From IMG/VR virus record IMGVR_UViG_3300012942_000004, positions 1 to 58,954 of that record: DNA of 58,954 bases, one strand, 5' to 3'. Source of the DNA: a virus (Duplodnaviria > Caudoviricetes). The translations under genes were made by a program, and so were the position numbers. This document shows positions 1 to 7,449 of this stretch, piece after piece. The first letter of the stretch is position 1; the number at the start of each line of letters is the position of its first letter. A model generated the notes under the pieces. That model searched no databases. It was given only the letters and a program-made list of their open reading frames with translations, and was not told where the DNA came from.

Positions 1-123
1 ACGACGTGGACATGGGCACACGGTTTCATGCAAGAAAATCCACGCGGTTTCAGCGCCTCGTGGGAAAATACAAAACCAAAGGACTTTGCACTCATAGACA
101 GTTCGGGTGTTCGTTATGTAGAG
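1..123. repeat. Terminal direct repeat (copy 1), probable assembly circularisation overlap
   Basis: 1-123 is identical to 58832-58954; an ORF starting at 58532 reads through the junction to TGA at 154-156. Confidence 0.95.
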
Positions 124-163
124 AGGGTTGGTGATTTCCTTGAGTGGATCGCGTGACGCAAAG

Positions 164-325
164 ATGGTCGTCAAATCGGTGAAGGATGCCGTAGAGTGGC
201 ACCTGCCTTATAATTCGGAGATCGACGCAGATGGTGATCTTCACTACCATGCTTACGGGTACGACTGGCTCGTAGAGGTGAAGGTATATAGATTGGATAA
301 ATGTGACCGGTGTAACAAAAGCTGA
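164..325 (+). CDS. hypothetical protein
   Basis: Part of ORF 128..325; ATG at 164 follows the stop of the junction-spanning gene. Confidence 0.5.
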   Translation: MVVKSVKDAVEWHLPYNSEIDADGDLHYHAYGYDWLVEVKVYRLDKCDRCNKS

Positions 326-566
326 CAGGGATCGTATCAACCAGCGTCTTCTTGAAGAGGGGATCGATCCACATGACGTTGCGCTGGATGGACTCACCCT
401 GGACGGCTACTACGCGATGCCGCGAAACGAGAAGGGCGAAATTGTAAGGCTATCTGACAGCGAACCGTTCAAGCGGTGGATGGAGTGGCCAAATCGTAAG
501 ATTGCCCTGGAGGCGTACTGGTACGCAAGTCACTTTGGCTACGGCGTAGAGGAGCAGGAGGAGTGA
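303..566 (+). CDS. hypothetical protein
   Basis: 87-aa ORF whose stop overlaps the next start (GTGA). Confidence 0.75.
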   Translation: MTGVTKADRDRINQRLLEEGIDPHDVALDGLTLDGYYAMPRNEKGEIVRLSDSEPFKRWMEWPNRKIALEAYWYASHFGYGVEEQEE

Positions 567-1093
567 ACTATATCCTCTCCATTGACCCCGGCGTGGAGAC
601 TGGATGGGCGCTCGGGGCGTATGGGCAATCTCAGCCGTATGAACTCCGAGCCAGTGGACAGATCATAGGGGGCTTGGCTGGTTTTCGCAGGTGGTTTTCG
701 TGTCGCCCCGATGATAGAGTCTGGAATGCGGCGCTTCAAGACCTTATCTGTGAGAAGTTCGTTCCACTTGCGGGTGAGTTCAGCTTCACCCTCGACTCAT
801 TAGAGCCATTGCGCATTGAGGGATACCTGATTGGAACCGGAAGGATGCCCGACTACCCGGCCGTGTGCTGGCAGCGCGCATCATGCCAGGTGCTCATGGG
901 GGGCAAAAACCTAGCAGAACGCAAACGCAACTCTGATGACTTGCTCAAGGAGCACGGACTGTGGCAAACTGGCGCAAACCTTGAGCGGCCAAACGCTAAT
1001 GACGCCAATTCGGCCATCAAGCACGCACTGTGGTACCTGAAGAACACCCTTGCGCACGAACCGACACTAGACGAGTATTGGGGAGAAGATTGA
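563..1093 (+). CDS. RuvC-like Holliday junction resolvase
   Basis: N-terminal ILSIDPGVETGWA, central ICEKF and C-terminal DANSAIKHAL give the RuvC/RNase H acidic pattern; AGGAGGA SD. Confidence 0.8.
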   Translation: MNYILSIDPGVETGWALGAYGQSQPYELRASGQIIGGLAGFRRWFSCRPDDRVWNAALQDLICEKFVPLAGEFSFTLDSLEPLRIEGYLIGTGRMPDYPAVCWQRASCQVLMGGKNLAERKRNSDDLLKEHGLWQTGANLERPNANDANSAIKHALWYLKNTLAHEPTLDEYWGED

Positions 1094-1305
1094 GCTACCC
1101 ATCCATATTTCACATTGAGGAGATTCGCGACGATGATGATCAGAAGTTTGATATCCGAAGATTGAGATTCACCGTGGACCTGAAACTCGACCTGGCCATC
1201 ACCGAAGAGAGTGCGCACGATGACGAGTATTTGCAAAACACGATCCGGTATGGTTATACCGAGTTCGCAAGACAATTGATCGATAGATTGGAGGATTTCG
1301 TATGA
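1090..1305 (+). CDS. hypothetical protein
   Basis: TTG start overlapping the upstream TGA; in frame with ORF 1030..1305. Confidence 0.6.
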   Translation: MSYPSIFHIEEIRDDDDQKFDIRRLRFTVDLKLDLAITEESAHDDEYLQNTIRYGYTEFARQLIDRLEDFV

Positions 1306-1886
1306 GGTGGTTTACCTCAGACCTGCACATCGGGCACAGACTGGTCGCCGGAATCCGCGGATTCACAGGTGCGGACGGCGAGCCAGACACCAGTGCACAT
1401 AACGCCAGCTTGGCAGACATGTGGGACGGGACCGTAAATGCCCAGGACATTGTGTACATCCTAGGCGACATTGCCCTTCGTGCGACCGAGGAGACCTTCA
1501 ACTGGATCGACGCAAGAGCAGGTCGGAAGATTCTCGTTGCGGGAAACCATGACGCCGTAGCCGGTTTTCATTCAAGTGCAAGTCGGGAGCAGCGTAGGTG
1601 GCTTGAGCACTTCGAATCAATCCACGACTTCCTCAACCTCAAGATCAACGGACGCAGAGTTGCACTGTCGCATTACCCGTACGCGGGTGAGGGGGCGCGT
1701 GAAGGTGTTGAGCGCTACAGCCAGTGGAGGCTGAAGGACCTAGGACAACCCCTGCTCCACGGCCATACGCACGGAAACGAGGTTGCGCATGGACACCAGT
1801 ACCATGTCGGGCTGGACGCCCACGGTCTGAACTTCGTGCCGGAGAGTGCAATTGCTCTCTGGCTGAACACGCTTGAGGAGGAATAA
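1302..1886 (+). CDS. calcineurin-like metallophosphoesterase
   Basis: SDLHIGH, LGD, GNHD, SHYP and LLHGHTH motifs. Confidence 0.92.
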   Translation: MRWFTSDLHIGHRLVAGIRGFTGADGEPDTSAHNASLADMWDGTVNAQDIVYILGDIALRATEETFNWIDARAGRKILVAGNHDAVAGFHSSASREQRRWLEHFESIHDFLNLKINGRRVALSHYPYAGEGAREGVERYSQWRLKDLGQPLLHGHTHGNEVAHGHQYHVGLDAHGLNFVPESAIALWLNTLEEE

Positions 1887-1887
1887 G

Positions 1888-2286
1888 ATGCTATACAGGA
1901 TTCTCGTCACAGGGTCAAGGGCCTGGACGGAGGACATGGTGATTTGGCACGCGCTGGCGGCTGAGGTTCGTGTTGCATTCGCAAACGGGTTTGATCTTGA
2001 GGACATTGTTCAGGTGAATGGTGCCTGCCCCGATGGTGCAGATGCACGCTGTGCCGGGATTGCGACTGTGCTCGGGATTAAAGTTGAGGAACACCCGGCC
2101 GATTGGGCAACCCACGGTAAGCGCGCTGGTTTCTTGCGCAATCAGGAGATGGTTGACCTGGGCGCCGATGTCTGTCTGGCATTCATTCAGGATGATAGCA
2201 AGGGTGCATCGATGACAGCGCGAATAGCGGAAGAAGCCGGGATTCCGGTCAAGCGCTACGAGATGTTGACATATCTGCCGGAGTAG
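1888..2286 (+). CDS. SLOG-superfamily (DUF2493/YspA-like) protein
   Basis: RILVTGSRAW, GACPDGAD, HPADW..HGKRAGFLRNQEMV and SKGA motifs; GAGGAGG SD. Confidence 0.85.
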   Translation: MLYRILVTGSRAWTEDMVIWHALAAEVRVAFANGFDLEDIVQVNGACPDGADARCAGIATVLGIKVEEHPADWATHGKRAGFLRNQEMVDLGADVCLAFIQDDSKGASMTARIAEEAGIPVKRYEMLTYLPE

Positions 2287-2501
2287 TGATGATGTATTCT
2301 GGACCTTCTGCTAATTTTGGCATTTCCTGGCAAGAGTCTGCTTGGGACAATAGGGTAACCGTAGACCTTGAACCTTATATTCGGGAGATGAACGAACGCC
2401 TACAGGGAATCGAGGATCGGATCACCATCGAGAAAGCCGTCAAGGTTCTGGGTGATCTCGGCTATATTGTGTTCAAGCCGGGTGAGTTTCCAGGCGACTG
2501 A
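2286..2501 (+). CDS. hypothetical protein
   Basis: 71-aa ORF, last plus-strand gene before a terminator. Confidence 0.65.
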   Translation: MMMYSGPSANFGISWQESAWDNRVTVDLEPYIREMNERLQGIEDRITIEKAVKVLGDLGYIVFKPGEFPGD

Positions 2502-2510
2502 GTGCATGAA

Positions 2511-2547
2511 AGAAGCCCCCGCTGGAAAATTAGCGGGGGCTTCTTCT
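2511..2547. terminator. bidirectional intrinsic terminator
   Basis: AGAAGCCCCCGCT-N8-AGCGGGGGCTTCT, a 13-bp stem between converging gene sets, with A/T-rich flanks. Confidence 0.85.
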
Positions 2548-2555
2548 TGTCGTTT

Positions 2556-2849
2556 TTACGTCTCGGGAACTCCGGGATCGGTTCCATTGGAATCAGCCGG
2601 GGGTGCAGTAGGTGCATCACCCTCAAGGTTCGGAGCGGTCTGCGTCGGCGCGGGTGCGTTCGTGGTTGCCCACGTCAGGCCGAAACCTCCACCAAAACCG
2701 GCAACACCCGAGGCGATGACAGCAAGCCACTGTCCCTGGGTAAGGCCCTGAAGCGTTGCGCTTCCCACCAGGACGACCGTCAGGGAGCTAATCACGCCGG
2801 TGACGGAACCCCAGATAGCGGAAACCCAAGCCTTAGCATTTGTCTGCAT
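2556..2849 (-). CDS. holin-like membrane protein
   Basis: Two hydrophobic segments (AKAWVSAIW..., QWLAVIASGV...) and a Pro-rich tail; GGAAAGG SD. Confidence 0.7.
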   Translation of the reverse strand: MQTNAKAWVSAIWGSVTGVISSLTVVLVGSATLQGLTQGQWLAVIASGVAGFGGGFGLTWATTNAPAPTQTAPNLEGDAPTAPPADSNGTDPGVPET

Positions 2850-2884
2850 TTGAAACCTTTCCTCGCGTATCTATTCTACCAATG

Positions 2885-2907
2885 AAAAAGGCCCACCTAA
2901 GCGGGCC
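2885..2907 (-). terminator. intrinsic terminator
   Basis: Minus strand GGCCCGC-TTAG-GTGGGCC-TTTTT. Confidence 0.75.
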
Positions 2908-2929
2908 AATTCCAGATAGGATCAACTCC

Positions 2930-3004
2930 TTACTGACAAGATTCGCACCAAAGCTCTTCCATGGGGTCAGCGGGGACCTCATATTCGTCTGTGTCGTAAT
3001 CCAT
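2930..3004 (-). CDS. 24-aa acidic peptide ending in CxxC (MDYDTDEYEVPADPMEELWCESCQ)
   Basis: Hand-translated; AGGAG SD just upstream of ATG; terminator downstream; below the ORF-track cutoff. Confidence 0.7.
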   Translation of the reverse strand: MDYDTDEYEVPADPMEELWCESCQ

Positions 3005-3011
3005 ATATCTC

Positions 3012-3215
3012 CTATCCATCCGAGTCCGTCTCGGAAGTATCGTCATCTAGCCACCATGGGTGCTTGAACGCCTCTAGGGCGGTGTCATCCTCCACATCCC
3101 AGTGGTTGTAGTCAAGAACGTTGTCTACCAGCTGACCGAAACGGAAGTCCGGATTCTCGTACCAGACCTTCCTCACGGCAGCCAGGAAGGGTTCAATTCT
3201 ACCAGCATCTCTCAT
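3012..3215 (-). CDS. small conserved-type protein (MRD..RI..W...PD.R.GQL, DUF1040-like)
   Basis: MRDAGRIEPFLAAVRKVWYENPDFRFGQLV; ATGA overlap with the upstream gene. Confidence 0.7.
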   Translation of the reverse strand: MRDAGRIEPFLAAVRKVWYENPDFRFGQLVDNVLDYNHWDVEDDTALEAFKHPWWLDDDTSETDSDG

Positions 3216-4108
3216 CGGATCGCCCTCGTGCCCGTAGCTTCTTGCATGCGTTTCGTTCCACGACTCCAACCACCACATGACCGGCAATTGTACATCACGT
3301 AGCTCTGCACATTTGTGTGGGCCATTCCATCTGTCGCGATCTCGCTCGATCCACAATAGGGACAAACGTCACCTTTGGCGCTGAACATGCCGATATGCGG
3401 AGAATTAGTTAGCCACGGCAGAAGGCGTAGGTACGTGCCTTCGGTGACAATGACATCCTGCCGGTTGTACTCCTCCATAAGCTTCCAGGCTTCCGGATCG
3501 CCGTTCATGCAATCGATCCACAACTGGAAACCACCATTGTCAACCTTGGCTCCGACGCCGGTACGCTGGGCGATGTAGTCGAGCTTGCGGCTAGGAAGGT
3601 CGAACCTGTTCTTGTTCGTGCGAATCAGGTCGATGCTCTTATATGGACGCGGGGGTGCCATGCCAGCAAACATGAACTCCTGATTCAGGCGTCGGATGTC
3701 ATATCTGTCGCCATTGTAGGTAACAAGGATGTCAGCCTCGCTGAGGAGTCGGTGGGCTTCCCTGACGATCTTGTCGTGGCCATCGGTAAACTCCCCGTAG
3801 AAGGCAACCTCGTCGCTCCCAAGCCACTTTGCGGCGAAGCATAGGAGGCCACCATCGTCCACGATCTGCGTCATGGAGATGTTCTGGTCCCACAGCCCCC
3901 AGTGGTAGCTGAGCATTGGTCGCCACTCGATGTCCAGGGTGAGGATTTTGACATCCTCCGCGAGATCGTCTACAATCTCATTCTGGTACATCATCCGATA
4001 CTGGTTGACAGTTGTCTTGCCACAATCAAGTGCGATTGCAGCCTGTCGGCTCGACATACCGCGAACGGATGCGATATCCTCTCGCGACAAAAAGCGCTTC
4101 TTACGCAT
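3212..4108 (-). CDS. DnaQ/RNase H-like 3'-5' exonuclease with N-terminal HTH and C-terminal Zn ribbon
   Basis: LDIE, TYNGDRYD, KLDYI and YNRQDV exonuclease motifs; CPYC..CRSC; N-terminal SRQAAIALDCGKTTV. Confidence 0.85.
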   Translation of the reverse strand: MRKKRFLSREDIASVRGMSSRQAAIALDCGKTTVNQYRMMYQNEIVDDLAEDVKILTLDIEWRPMLSYHWGLWDQNISMTQIVDDGGLLCFAAKWLGSDEVAFYGEFTDGHDKIVREAHRLLSEADILVTYNGDRYDIRRLNQEFMFAGMAPPRPYKSIDLIRTNKNRFDLPSRKLDYIAQRTGVGAKVDNGGFQLWIDCMNGDPEAWKLMEEYNRQDVIVTEGTYLRLLPWLTNSPHIGMFSAKGDVCPYCGSSEIATDGMAHTNVQSYVMYNCRSCGGWSRGTKRMQEATGTRAIR

Positions 4109-4180
4109 CTAGTCCCCTCTCTAGGGCTATATCGCAGACCAGACTACCACATGTGGTGGCAGAAACACAAGTCTACGTGA

Positions 4181-4510
4181 TTACTTGCGTTTCTTCTTAT
4201 CGGTGCTGATCGACTTCGAGCGCCAGGAAAGCCACAGAACGATCACCAGGCGCCACATCACAATGAGCACACTCGTGTACACCGCAAATCGCACGAGGGA
4301 CCGCAGGGGATAGTCCACACCGATCCAGCGCCCCAGGGCGCTCACGATGGTGATCGCGATTAGGGACAGAATGAAGTACATCAGCGAACGACCGGCGACG
4401 GTCTTGCGCCAGTTGAAGAACGCAGCGTAGGAGATGGCGAACACGACAGCACCGATACCAGCGACGAGGATTTCGACATCAGAAGTGAAGTTGAGGATGG
4501 AATCAAGCAT
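4181..4510 (-). CDS. three-TM membrane protein (putative holin), lysis cassette
   Basis: Three hydrophobic helices and a basic C-terminus; downstream of the endolysin. Confidence 0.7.
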   Translation of the reverse strand: MLDSILNFTSDVEILVAGIGAVVFAISYAAFFNWRKTVAGRSLMYFILSLIAITIVSALGRWIGVDYPLRSLVRFAVYTSVLIVMWRLVIVLWLSWRSKSISTDKKKRK

Positions 4511-4715
4511 GGTGCTCCCGGGTAAAGCTGATCTGAATCTGGTCACCGAAGTGGTTTCGTTCCCGGCGTTCGATGAGCGCCTGCGTCAATCCGTCGATGT
4601 ATGATTGCCTCGCAGCTACCTGGCGAATCTCCCCGGTCTGTTGGCTTTTCAGACCACGCGCATCTTCAATATCGGACGGAACCTGCACTGGCGGCTTCTT
4701 TTTACGCCACAGCAT
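4503..4715 (-). CDS. lysis-cassette small protein
   Basis: 70 aa with RNHFG motif, coupled between two membrane genes. Confidence 0.65.
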   Translation of the reverse strand: MLWRKKKPPVQVPSDIEDARGLKSQQTGEIRQVAARQSYIDGLTQALIERRERNHFGDQIQISFTREHHA

Positions 4716-5007
4716 CTTTCCCCCCGCTGTTCGGTGGCGCTTGCTCCATGCTGCGGAAGAAGTGGTCTGCGATGCGGTTGGCCTCGATCAAGGCGTTGAT
4801 CTGGTTCTTCTGTGCCTCGATCAACGAACGACCGCTCAGCGCGGTCTCTTTCCATTCATCCCCGCGCTTATTCGACATTGCCAGTTCCCGCTCATGTGAG
4901 TTCCGAGAGACAAGTCTTCCGGAAACCAGGAGCCAGTAGGAGAGCACAAGTACGCCGAGGAGCGCTCCTAGCGGCGAAAGTGACCACAGCCCCGGCAGGT
5001 CCGGCAT
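4702..5007 (-). CDS. single-TM membrane protein, lysis cassette
   Basis: N-terminal TM helix, SGRLV motif and coiled coil. Confidence 0.7.
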   Translation of the reverse strand: MPDLPGLWSLSPLGALLGVLVLSYWLLVSGRLVSRNSHERELAMSNKRGDEWKETALSGRSLIEAQKNQINALIEANRIADHFFRSMEQAPPNSGGKDAVA

Positions 5008-5008
5008 T

Positions 5009-5872
5009 CTAGTTGTACAGGTAGGTGTCTGAGTCGATCAGGGTAACGGTTCCGGTCCCCTTGTTCGACCTGTCAGCGGTGACCCGAATGAACACCTGGT
5101 CACCGGAGACTACCGAGTGCTTGAACTCACGCGTGGCGCGAACCTGGCCGTTGTTGTCAGCTACCAGGCGCTCCACGTAGTGATTGGAGTCCTTGGCGTG
5201 CTTCTTGTTGCGCCACACCAGAACGAGGTCTACCGCGTCCCCAGCACCGAGTCCGTCAATGTACACATGCGGCGTGAGAGAATAGGTGCCAACGCCACCA
5301 ACGATGTTCAGCAGACTCGACCCCTTCTTCATATTCACGGATGCGCCAGGGGCAAGCGGCTTGGCGACGCGATCCTGGTAGTGGTACCACTTCACGACTT
5401 TCGTTCCTTTCGTAGAAGTCTTCGTTGCGGGCTTGGCGAACTTGATCTTGTTGCCACCGAAGTCCTCTGTCCAGCCCAGGTATGGGCGCTCGATCTCCTT
5501 GGCGCGGTCCTGTAGTGTCATCACGCCGATGTACGTGTTGTGAACCCCACTCGAATCCGCGTAGTCGGTGAAGATCGCCTTGCCATCGCCAACAGAGATT
5601 CCAATGTCTCCCGCGTTCTTGTTCGTATCCGTGCGAGTTGGGGAGGCGCCGAACCAGACGGGGACACCAGCCGGAGGGTTCCAGTCGCCCGCGTGGCGTT
5701 TTGTCGTGTAGTTGTACGAGTCAACGGCTGTGGCGAAAGATCGACCGGGCTGCTTCCCGATGGTGGAGGGGAAACCATAGGCCTGCCACACGGTATACAG
5801 ACATGCCGCAAATGTGTTACGCTTCAGAGAGCGCATGCGCGCAATTGCCGCGTTTCCGTCGAGAGTAGCCAT
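5009..5872 (-). CDS. endolysin (CHAP/NlpC-P60-like peptidase plus C-terminal beta domain)
   Basis: AACLYTVWQAYG, PPAGVPVWF, G(D)IGISVGDG and YLGWTE; lies between tail-tip and membrane genes. Confidence 0.7.
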   Translation of the reverse strand: MATLDGNAAIARMRSLKRNTFAACLYTVWQAYGFPSTIGKQPGRSFATAVDSYNYTTKRHAGDWNPPAGVPVWFGASPTRTDTNKNAGDIGISVGDGKAIFTDYADSSGVHNTYIGVMTLQDRAKEIERPYLGWTEDFGGNKIKFAKPATKTSTKGTKVVKWYHYQDRVAKPLAPGASVNMKKGSSLLNIVGGVGTYSLTPHVYIDGLGAGDAVDLVLVWRNKKHAKDSNHYVERLVADNNGQVRATREFKHSVVSGDQVFIRVTADRSNKGTGTVTLIDSDTYLYN

Positions 5873-5894
5873 ACTTCTATTCTACCAATGGCAA

Positions 5895-6539
5895 CTAACC
5901 GACGCGCCCCACCTTCACGATTCCAGTGAACCCACTCAGTGCAGTGGCAGAGTTCACCCAGCAGTAGATTTTCGTGTTAGCTGCTGTCGCACGGTAGAAG
6001 GGCATCGCCGCCTGTGCAACACCGGCACCAGCCATTCCGATAACCAGGGAGGAGGTGTGAGCCGAGTCAAGGGTCATATTCAGGAAGTTGCTATTGTTCG
6101 CAGCCCAACCAGAAGAACCACCCTGGATTAGGAGCGAGTAGATGCCCGGATTTGTCAGGATGAACCCACCCGTTGTCGCCACGGCCATGTCTGTAGCGGT
6201 AGAGGCGGCGGAGTTGATCGTCACACCATTCCACGCGGTGTATGTGTTCGCAGATACGCTCATGGATGACTGAGTGAACTCGGCGTATGGAAGCGCGAGA
6301 CGCCAGGAGCCGTTGTCGTACTCCCACTGGGTCTTCGTGTCGAGTTGGTAGCCATCATCACCCTGACGCATCCCAGTCTGAGAATTGCGGGCAGAATCAT
6401 TCGCCCAGACATACGTATGTCCCTGACGGTTGTCAAGAGCCGCCTGAATGGACGAGGCCTGGGTTGCGGACTCGTTCTCGCTCGACTCGGGCTGTGGGCC
6501 AGAAGTATAGTAGATGCTATCGCCAGAAGTAACAGGCAT
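5895..6539 (-). CDS. minor tail protein
   Basis: WANDSARN...MRQGD..YQLDT..W.YD..W motif typical of actinophage tail-tip proteins; synteny. Confidence 0.7.
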   Translation of the reverse strand: MPVTSGDSIYYTSGPQPESSENESATQASSIQAALDNRQGHTYVWANDSARNSQTGMRQGDDGYQLDTKTQWEYDNGSWRLALPYAEFTQSSMSVSANTYTAWNGVTINSAASTATDMAVATTGGFILTNPGIYSLLIQGGSSGWAANNSNFLNMTLDSAHTSSLVIGMAGAGVAQAAMPFYRATAANTKIYCWVNSATALSGFTGIVKVGRVG

Positions 6540-6548
6540 TTTCGATCC

Positions 6549-7004
6549 TTACGAAGTCGGAAGAGGGTAGATGACAGACCCGGAACCATACGTTCTGGAC
6601 GCACCCGTCTGCTGAGCGATTCCGAACTGACCACTTAGTGTGATGTAGGCGATTCCGTCATAAGCGCCATTGAGGTAGCACGGGCCTCGCCGGTGAACCA
6701 CGTCCGGGAAAACGGTTGGGTCGGGAAGGGTGGCAAACACATTCGCCCCGACCGGAATCGTACCAGTGAGTTCAAAGACGAAGTAGAGGAATCCATTCGC
6801 CACCCTGTACTGACATGTTCCCGTAAGTGGAGATGCATCCACGGGGGTCCACACATCGGTCGGAGAAGTTGCACCGAGTTGGAGGTTGCGCATTTGGGTT
6901 TCAAGCGAGTCCAGGCGTCGCTGAAGGAGAATGATCTGCGCGTCACGATCACGCTGGTATTTCTCAAGATTGGTCGTACCGACCGGAATATTCGACAGAC
7001 CCAT
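6549..7004 (-). CDS. minor tail protein
   Basis: N-terminal coiled coil (RRLDSLE) and beta-rich C-domain; synteny. Confidence 0.65.
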   Translation of the reverse strand: MGLSNIPVGTTNLEKYQRDRDAQIILLQRRLDSLETQMRNLQLGATSPTDVWTPVDASPLTGTCQYRVANGFLYFVFELTGTIPVGANVFATLPDPTVFPDVVHRRGPCYLNGAYDGIAYITLSGQFGIAQQTGASRTYGSGSVIYPLPTS

Positions 7005-7007
7005 GCT

Positions 7008-7445
7008 TTACCCCAGAAGATAGCTTCCTGCCAGGGAGAACGGGTCACCAACCGCGATATTGGTGGAACCACCAACTGCCGTGACATAGAAGCCGCCACC
7101 GACATTCACGTACCCAGAAACGGTTCGTCCGGAATTGTGTGTACCGAAACCACCCTGTGTTTGTGTGAAGTTATTGAATCGCGTATCACTGACCGTAAAT
7201 ACGTTCGAGTTCGCAATATCACCAGAAGCCACAACGGTTATTGCCACATTCCAGGTTCCGAACACTCGAAAGTAAATCTCCTGGCCGATTGCACGGAATC
7301 CGTAGGAGGAAACCGTAACGGTGCCATTTGCGATACTGACACCTGAGTTCAGCCAACCGGTGTCTGCCGTGAGTGCGGTGACTGATGTCTGTACGGGCGT
7401 GAACACATCATAGGTGACAAGTCTCTGATTGTCGGGTTGAGTCAT
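7008..7445 (-). CDS. minor tail protein
   Basis: DTGW motif followed by a beta-rich domain; synteny. Confidence 0.65.
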   Translation of the reverse strand: MTQPDNQRLVTYDVFTPVQTSVTALTADTGWLNSGVSIANGTVTVSSYGFRAIGQEIYFRVFGTWNVAITVVASGDIANSNVFTVSDTRFNNFTQTQGGFGTHNSGRTVSGYVNVGGGFYVTAVGGSTNIAVGDPFSLAGSYLLG

Positions 7446-7449
7446 TCAT

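Noticed and set aside
1-123. Terminal 123-bp repeat as a biological direct terminal repeat
   Set aside because: It lies in the middle of a gene that reads through the junction, so an assembly overlap is more likely
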